A stretch of DNA of 32,027 nt, taken from NCBI GenBank assembly GCA_947097535.1, contig CAMURM010000001.1, positions 1 to 32,027 of the forward strand. Direction: 5' to 3'. Under the pieces are notes generated by a model that was given only the letters and a program-made list of their open reading frames with translations, did not search any database and was not told the origin of the DNA. The position numbers and the translations under genes were made by a program. The DNA comes from an uncultured Selenomonas sp. GTDB taxonomy: Bacteria > Bacillota > Negativicutes > Selenomonadales > Selenomonadaceae. Below are positions 26,633 through 32,027 of the stretch, one piece after another (position 1 is the stretch's first letter; every line of letters starts with the position of its first letter).

Positions 26633-28006
26633 TTATTCCTCGCTTTTTGCTCTTTCGTCTGCCTGCGGCGTTTGCTCGATGTCCTGCATGATTTCGTCAT
26701 AGCGACGGTCGTCTACGTCGGCGAAGTAGACTTCTGCCGCTTTGCGGTTGATTTCACGCGCAACGACTTCGCCGCCGATGGCGAGCATTTTCATCTGCGC
26801 CGCTTTGTTCAGTTCGTCTTCGATGTCTGTAATGTTGAAGGTGCGCGGGTATTTGACCTTGAGATTTTTGAGGTCGATCCCCGCCCATCGTGCGAAGATG
26901 TTGAAGAGCTTGACTTCAGCAACTTCACAGTTTTCTGCCATGTCGGCAAGTTCGTCCGTCGTTTTTTCAAAGTCCCACTGTTTTGCAACGCCCGATGTTT
27001 TCGTTTCTACCCCGACGACGCTCGACAGCCCCGCTTGACGGTACATATCGTCAATGATGTCCTTGATCTCCTGCTGCAGAATCTGCACCGGCTCCAACGG
27101 CGGCGCCGTGAATGCCGGCAAGTGGTGCGCCTCTCCATCCGTGACGAGCATATTGCTCGTACCTAGCGTCAAGCCAATCTCTTTGCCATCTTCGTCTTTC
27201 TGCTTCAGCGCAGCGGCGGCGTTGCGCGTCGCGGGATAGATTAGGACGGGAAAGCATTGGTTGCGCAGTATCTCGCGCTTTTCGCTGTCACGATTGTATA
27301 CGTCGCGACTAGCACGGGCGATATGCAGCATACTCGGCACGGGAAGCGGCGTATCGGCATCCTCGTCGGTTGCCGAGAGCGTGACGATGGGCAAAATGCC
27401 AAGACCGTGTTCGCCCGTGCGCGTTTCGCTGCCTTCTCCTTCCCCTTTGCAGCTCCATGCCGTTTGTGTCCATGTCCATTCTTCTTTGTCGCCGACACCG
27501 GAAAGATCGTGCTTGCTCCGCTTCGTCGTCAGCTTGTACGAAAGGCGCACGAAACGTCCGGCACGGTCGGTCTCATAGTCCGTGACCTGCTCCGGGTAGA
27601 CCATATAGAGATACGGGAACAAACGTCTTTCGAGCGCATCCTTCCGATTCACAGCTTGCTCGTCCACCGAGAAATTGTCCACGACGATGAAGACCCGTCC
27701 GTAGAGCCTCGCCATCTTCGCCGCCGTCTTCATGAAGGCGTTCAGTGTCGTGCCGCTGCCATCGACGTCTTCGACAAACTGCTTGAGCATTTCATTGTCG
27801 TCGAAGTCGCGCACGATGGTCTTTTTGAAAATCGGATTTGTCAGCGAGTGGATAATGACTTTGACGAAATTCGAGTATCGCGCCATTTTCTTTCGCAGAA
27901 GATAATCTTCCGGATCTTCGCGGCTGTGCATGAAGAGGTAGCGTCCGTCCTCGAAGCCGCCGCCCCCTGTGTATGCGTCACGCAAGAGTTCGTAGTTGTC
28001 TGTCAT
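26633..28006 (-). CDS. Portal protein, 457 aa
   Basis: Directly after TerL; YLFMHSRE...Y..R...ARYSNFVK...SGVAK portal-like motifs. Confidence 0.85.
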   Translation of the reverse strand: MTDNYELLRDAYTGGGGFEDGRYLFMHSREDPEDYLLRKKMARYSNFVKVIIHSLTNPIFKKTIVRDFDDNEMLKQFVEDVDGSGTTLNAFMKTAAKMARLYGRVFIVVDNFSVDEQAVNRKDALERRLFPYLYMVYPEQVTDYETDRAGRFVRLSYKLTTKRSKHDLSGVGDKEEWTWTQTAWSCKGEGEGSETRTGEHGLGILPIVTLSATDEDADTPLPVPSMLHIARASRDVYNRDSEKREILRNQCFPVLIYPATRNAAAALKQKDEDGKEIGLTLGTSNMLVTDGEAHHLPAFTAPPLEPVQILQQEIKDIIDDMYRQAGLSSVVGVETKTSGVAKQWDFEKTTDELADMAENCEVAEVKLFNIFARWAGIDLKNLKVKYPRTFNITDIEDELNKAAQMKMLAIGGEVVAREINRKAAEVYFADVDDRRYDEIMQDIEQTPQADERAKSEE

Positions 28007-28017
28007 GTTCTACCCCC

Positions 28018-29292
28018 TCAATACAGTTTATGCCGCCCGAAGATCGGCGGCATGGCAAGCAGCATATCGTTTTCCAGCCCATAGCGAACGGCGTCGATCG
28101 CGTGATTGTCCTTGTCGGGATACGCGGAGATGAACTGCCCGTCTTTGTTGCGCATGTATTCGTAGCCGATGAACTCGCGGTAGGCGTTTGGGCAGCGACG
28201 CTTGTCGATGTAGATGTGATGCAGCTTTTGCAACCACTTGATGCCGAAGTCGACGGAGTCGGGGCCTTTCTTGACGGAGAGCATGTTTAGCCCATAGTCT
28301 GTCATCTCGTCAATCGACTTCGGTTCCGCACTGTCCGCGCTGATCGGGCGCCCGCCTGCACGCGGCAAGATCAGCTCTGCCGCTCGCTTGTTTTTCATGC
28401 GCTGCGCATATATCTCGTCAAAGATGTATAAGTCCTCATGCTTTGCATCGTAGTGCATACCGACGTAAGCGAGCGGATCGACGGCAAAGCCAAAATCCAG
28501 CCCATGTCGCAGATGGTCAAAGGCGGCGACTTCTTCCTCGCTCATGTCCCGCTCTTCTACATTGTCAAAGACGCTGCCGCCCGTGCCTGTGACCTCGCCG
28601 AGGTATTCGTGACGGTAGAGCACTTCGCTCTTTTCCCGCAGGCGCTCCGCTTCAAGGATGAACTGCTCTCCGAGCCAACGGCGCGGCACATCAAGATACG
28701 TCGATTGATGTACCACGCGATCGGCACGGTCGAAGCGCGCCTCTTCGTTGACCCAGTTATTGCGGCTCTTCGGCGGGTTGAACGAGCAAAATACCCAGTA
28801 GCGGTCACCGCCGCGCAAGAGCGACTGCAAGAGGCTTCGTACTTCTTCCATGCCCGTGAACTGGTCAAGTTCTTCGATCCAGACGATGCCGACATAGCCG
28901 AAGGGGAGTTTCAATGACTTGACTTTTTCTTTGGCATCTACGCCGAGAAAGAGGATTTTCTGCCCCGTGCTTTTGCAGGTAAAGGAGAGCGGACTGATTC
29001 GCCCGTCGAACGCATCCGACAAGCCCAGTGCATGAATCGCCCACTCGACTTGGTTGTATACGCTGTTTCGGAGCGTGTTACCGACCTTGCGCAGCACGAC
29101 TGCATGACAGTCGGGATTTTGCAGGATGCCGAGCGGAACATTGAGCGATGCAAAGCTCGATTTCGTCGATCCACGCCCTCCTGAGAGCCAGTAATGCGTA
29201 TACTTGTGCCGCTGCACGTCAAAAAAGATGCCGTCAAAGCTCGGCGCGATCAAGCTCGCGATATTCACGACCCGTTCTTCTTCACGTTTCAT
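28018..29292 (-). CDS. terL: Terminase large subunit (PBSX family)
   Basis: Walker A GGRGSTKS, Walker B IVWIEE, SFNPP, GLDFG and DNHAIDAVRY; GAGGTG RBS before ATG at 29292. Confidence 0.95.
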   Translation of the reverse strand: MKREEERVVNIASLIAPSFDGIFFDVQRHKYTHYWLSGGRGSTKSSFASLNVPLGILQNPDCHAVVLRKVGNTLRNSVYNQVEWAIHALGLSDAFDGRISPLSFTCKSTGQKILFLGVDAKEKVKSLKLPFGYVGIVWIEELDQFTGMEEVRSLLQSLLRGGDRYWVFCSFNPPKSRNNWVNEEARFDRADRVVHQSTYLDVPRRWLGEQFILEAERLREKSEVLYRHEYLGEVTGTGGSVFDNVEERDMSEEEVAAFDHLRHGLDFGFAVDPLAYVGMHYDAKHEDLYIFDEIYAQRMKNKRAAELILPRAGGRPISADSAEPKSIDEMTDYGLNMLSVKKGPDSVDFGIKWLQKLHHIYIDKRRCPNAYREFIGYEYMRNKDGQFISAYPDKDNHAIDAVRYGLENDMLLAMPPIFGRHKLY

Positions 29293-29821
29293 CTTCCGCA
29301 CCTCGCTCGAAAACAAACCGCATCGGTGCGGCACCGCCGCCCTTATCCTCTTTCAACGCTTGCTCCTTGAGCTTCAGTTCACGCTCGTCTTCTGCTGCTT
29401 GTAGGCGCGCCTGCCGCTCGATCTCAATCCCTTGGACAAGGTAATCGAGGATATTGCGTGCCGTAAGGCTTTGATCGTCCAACCGCAGTAGGGCGGTCAT
29501 TGCCTTCTTTTGCAGCGCCTGCGCCATCGTCATGTGGTCTTTCAGCATTTTACGGATCGCCGCGCGCGTCTCCTCCATGCTGATGCGCTGCAATTCGTTA
29601 TCGTACGCCCTTGCCCGCTCCACCCAGCCCCACATCCGGCTCCATCGCTCTATTAATTTCAGCGATTTTCCCAACTTTTCCGCTACACTTGCCAGACGCC
29701 GCTTCTTCTTGTCACCTGGCTCATGTCCCATATTGCGATAGAGCAAAAACGCCTCATATGCGACTGAGGATTCACCCGCCAGGCGCTCCCATAGTTCCTC
29801 GCCCGATGTCTTCTTGCTCAT
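29282..29821 (-). CDS. terS: Terminase small subunit
   Basis: WERLAGES..AYEAF..Y...HTH...WVERARAYD pattern; overlaps the TerL start. Confidence 0.8.
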   Translation of the reverse strand: MSKKTSGEELWERLAGESSVAYEAFLLYRNMGHEPGDKKKRRLASVAEKLGKSLKLIERWSRMWGWVERARAYDNELQRISMEETRAAIRKMLKDHMTMAQALQKKAMTALLRLDDQSLTARNILDYLVQGIEIERQARLQAAEDERELKLKEQALKEDKGGGAAPMRFVFERGAEDET

Positions 29822-29825
29822 GCAT

Positions 29826-31341
29826 CTACATACCCTCCCCTATCGATCGCGCGACATCCTCAAACGTGTGTGTAACGCCGTCGCGCTCCACAGTGACAGC
29901 CGCTGCCCCGTTTGCCTCGACGTACCGCTTGATGATTGCGTCAACGTACTGCGGATCCAGTTCCGCTGTGTAGCAGACGCGCCCCGTCATCTCCGCTGCC
30001 ATCAGCGTAGATCCGCTGCCACCAAAAAAATCAACGACGATGTCGCCTACATCCGTACTATTCATAATCGCCCTAAACGGCAAGCCTACAGGCTTTTGCG
30101 TCGGATGTACAGTCTTGCTCTCCCGCGAGACTTCCCAGACGGTATTCTCGCGAGACTCTCGATACAGGCAAATGCTTCGCCCATCACCCAAGCGGATGTA
30201 GCGCACCTTCTTGCCCTTTGGCTCCTTTGCTGAGAGATACAGTTTGTTCCCCTCGCCATCGGTCAGCACGACACCGCCCGAAAGCGTTGTTGCCATGCCG
30301 TCGCTGCCGCGCAGGACTACATTCCAAACCGTTCGTTGCGAGCGGTTCCCGCACCATTTTGCTTGATGTCCGGCTTTCTCGGCGTAAAAACACGGCTCGT
30401 GCGCCCACTGATAATCCGCATGCCCGAGGACGATCGCCTCCTTGTTCCAGATGATGTACTGTTTTTCCATCAATCCCGCCGCAATCATGGCATCCTCAAA
30501 ATCGCGGCGCGTGCTCGATGCATGCCAAATGTAAAATGCGGCATCATCGACCGTGACGCGCACATAGTTTCTAAATGCAGGGACGAGCAGCTCGGACAGC
30601 AGGTCATCATGCGTCTTGTCGTCGTTGCGGATCATACCAAACCTGCCGCTTTGCGTCTTGTAGCTGACACCATACGGCGGGTCTGTGTGCACGAGCTGCG
30701 CCTTGCGCCCGTCCATCAGACGGTCAATCGTCTCGGCGTCTGTTGCACTGCCGCAGATAAGGCGGTGATTGCCCAAGTGCCACAAGTCGCCGAGGCGCGA
30801 AAATGGCTTATAATCGTCCCCCCCCCGCGAGACATACGTCCGCTTTATCATCAACAGTATCGTCAGCCTCCTCCATCGATGAGACAATCTTCTGCAAATC
30901 TTCCTCGGTAAAGCCCGTCAGCTCTGTAGGGACTATCCCATTGTCCATCCCCTGTATCATGTCCATCAGCTTGCCCGTGTCGATATTGGCAAGCTCCGCG
31001 ATGCGGTTGTCGGCGATGAGGTCAGCGTGCTCCTCTTCCTCGTTGGCGTATTCTTGATACTCCACGGGAGCGGATCCCCATCCCATGGCCTCTGCTGCCA
31101 TCTTGCGTCCATGGCCTTTTGTGATGAGACCACTGCGCTTGCTGACAGTGATGGGCGCTCGCCATCCCGTTGCGCGTATGATGTCGCCAAGCAGCCGCAC
31201 CTGATGCTTGTTATGCTCATTCGGATTGCCGGGATTGGGATGGATATCGTGCAGCGGCACTATCTCATCGTATGCACAAAACACGGGCACGCCATCATCC
31301 GTCGTTCCGCGCGGCTCTGCTGTAGACGTGTAATCAATCAA
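29826..31341 (-). pseudogene. ParB-like + N6A/N4C DNA methyltransferase, frameshifted at a G9 tract (pseudogene, phase-OFF allele or sequencing error)
   Basis: ParB-like NPNEH...GHGR...IADNR in 30808-31341; GDLWHLGNHRLICG, DPPY, HPTQKP and DFFGGSGST in the other frame; G8 restores a 504-aa ORF. Confidence 0.82.
30818..30826. repeat. C9 (G9 on the coding strand) homopolymer at the frameshift junction
   Basis: taatcgt-CCCCCCCCC-gcgagac. Confidence 0.9.
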
Positions 31342-31371
31342 ATCCGCTGTCTCCTCTCTTTTTGGACATAC

Positions 31372-31399
31372 AAAAAGGACACCGCCGCAGCAGTGTCCT
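31372..31399 (-). terminator. Terminator-like hairpin in the late leader
   Basis: AGGACACTGC-TGCG-GCGGTGTCC-TTTTT on the minus strand. Confidence 0.62.
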
Positions 31400-31451
31400 C
31401 CTGGGTGTCGCCTCAGCTTGCCCCTGTGCCCATGTGCAATTTTTGATGATA

Positions 31452-31500
31452 CCAGTATAGCATACTGGCACGCATATTTTCCCCGCCATTTTCCTGCTAA
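31452..31500 (-). promoter_or_regulatory. Putative activator-dependent late promoter
   Basis: Extended -10 TGCTATACT (31454-31462), no clear -35; upstream imperfect direct repeats GCAGGAAAAT / GCGGGGAAAAT. Confidence 0.55.
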
Positions 31501-31524
31501 AATCCTGAAAATACGCTATACGAC

Positions 31525-32027
31525 TTATCCACAGCCATCATACACAAACAATCGCGTCTGCAACGGTCGTGATACCATACCAAACACCATATCGGCAACA
31601 TCACGCAACAATCTGTTTCCGCGCTCGCTTGCATACTTTTCCGTATACCCCGCCTCTCGCGCCACCTGCCACCAGGCATACCCGTCGACATACCGCCCGC
31701 GCACGAGACGCTCATCTTCCACAGAGAGGCAAGACAGCGCACGATCCACCGCCCGCAGTGTCCGCTCCATGTCCCGCTTGCGCTGCTCCATCTCCGCGAT
31801 GTCTGCCGTCGCCATCATGCGCCTCGCCGCCGCCGCCTCCGTCGCGGTCAGCTCAGACGTGCCACCGCCCATCGGCTCATCCCCATAGCGGGCGATGGCG
31901 ACGGACTCGTCTTGGAGCGCAGCAGTCCGCGCCTCGATTTCTTCCGCAAGATTCTGCACGGCGACCTTCATTTTGTTGTACTGTCCCAGTATGCGCTTCG
32001 TCTCCTTGATGCAGTCGCCGTCTGTCA
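31525..32027 (-). CDS. RinA/ArpU-like late transcriptional activator; start codon probably cut by the window edge
   Basis: Frame open to the edge (..TDGDCIKETKRILGQYNKMK..); C-terminal LSVEDERLVRGRY...WWQVAREAGYTE sigma4-like HTH; lies upstream of the packaging operon. Confidence 0.78.
   Translation of the reverse strand, partial: TDGDCIKETKRILGQYNKMKVAVQNLAEEIEARTAALQDESVAIARYGDEPMGGGTSELTATEAAAARRMMATADIAEMEQRKRDMERTLRAVDRALSCLSVEDERLVRGRYVDGYAWWQVAREAGYTEKYASERGNRLLRDVADMVFGMVSRPLQTRLFVYDGCG

Larger units (their letters stand above)
1..32027 (-). mobile_element. Prophage late region (packaging, head, tail, lysis) of a siphovirus-like temperate phage; extends beyond both window ends
   Basis: Contiguous co-oriented terminase, portal, capsid, tail, tape measure, holin and endolysin genes; no sheath gene seen. 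Confidence 0.95.

Noticed and set aside
30827..30887. Independent start for the methyltransferase ORF at 30887
   Set aside because: The N-terminal residues look like off-frame translation; a frameshifted ParB-MTase fusion is more parsimonious

Overview
The window is the late (morphogenesis and lysis) region of a temperate siphovirus-like prophage, with all credible genes on the minus strand. In transcription order (right to left): RinA/ArpU-like activator, late promoter, a ParB-DNA methyltransferase split at a G9 tract, terminase, portal, a MuF minor head protein with a toxin-like C-terminus plus a putative immunity gene, two small accessory genes, scaffold, P22-type capsid, a phage-encoded Prp-like cysteine protease, head-tail joining genes, major tail protein, tail chaperones with a -1 slippery site, tape measure protein (SLT and NlpC/P60 domains), an AT-rich moron, a D3112/JBD30/GTA-like tail tip, holin, a small ORF and an amidase endolysin. 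High GC, Firmicute-style RBSs and a diderm-type tail suggest a Negativicutes (Selenomonas-like) host; this is inference. The most striking signal is a likely Prp processing system. The L27-type Prp cleavage motif occurs at the N-termini of scaffold, capsid and major tail protein (L[N/D]LQRF). It also occurs inside MuF (FKFDLQLF/A), exactly where the toxin-like domain begins and where the same codons form a near-consensus promoter. All family assignments come from motif recognition by eye, not database searches.
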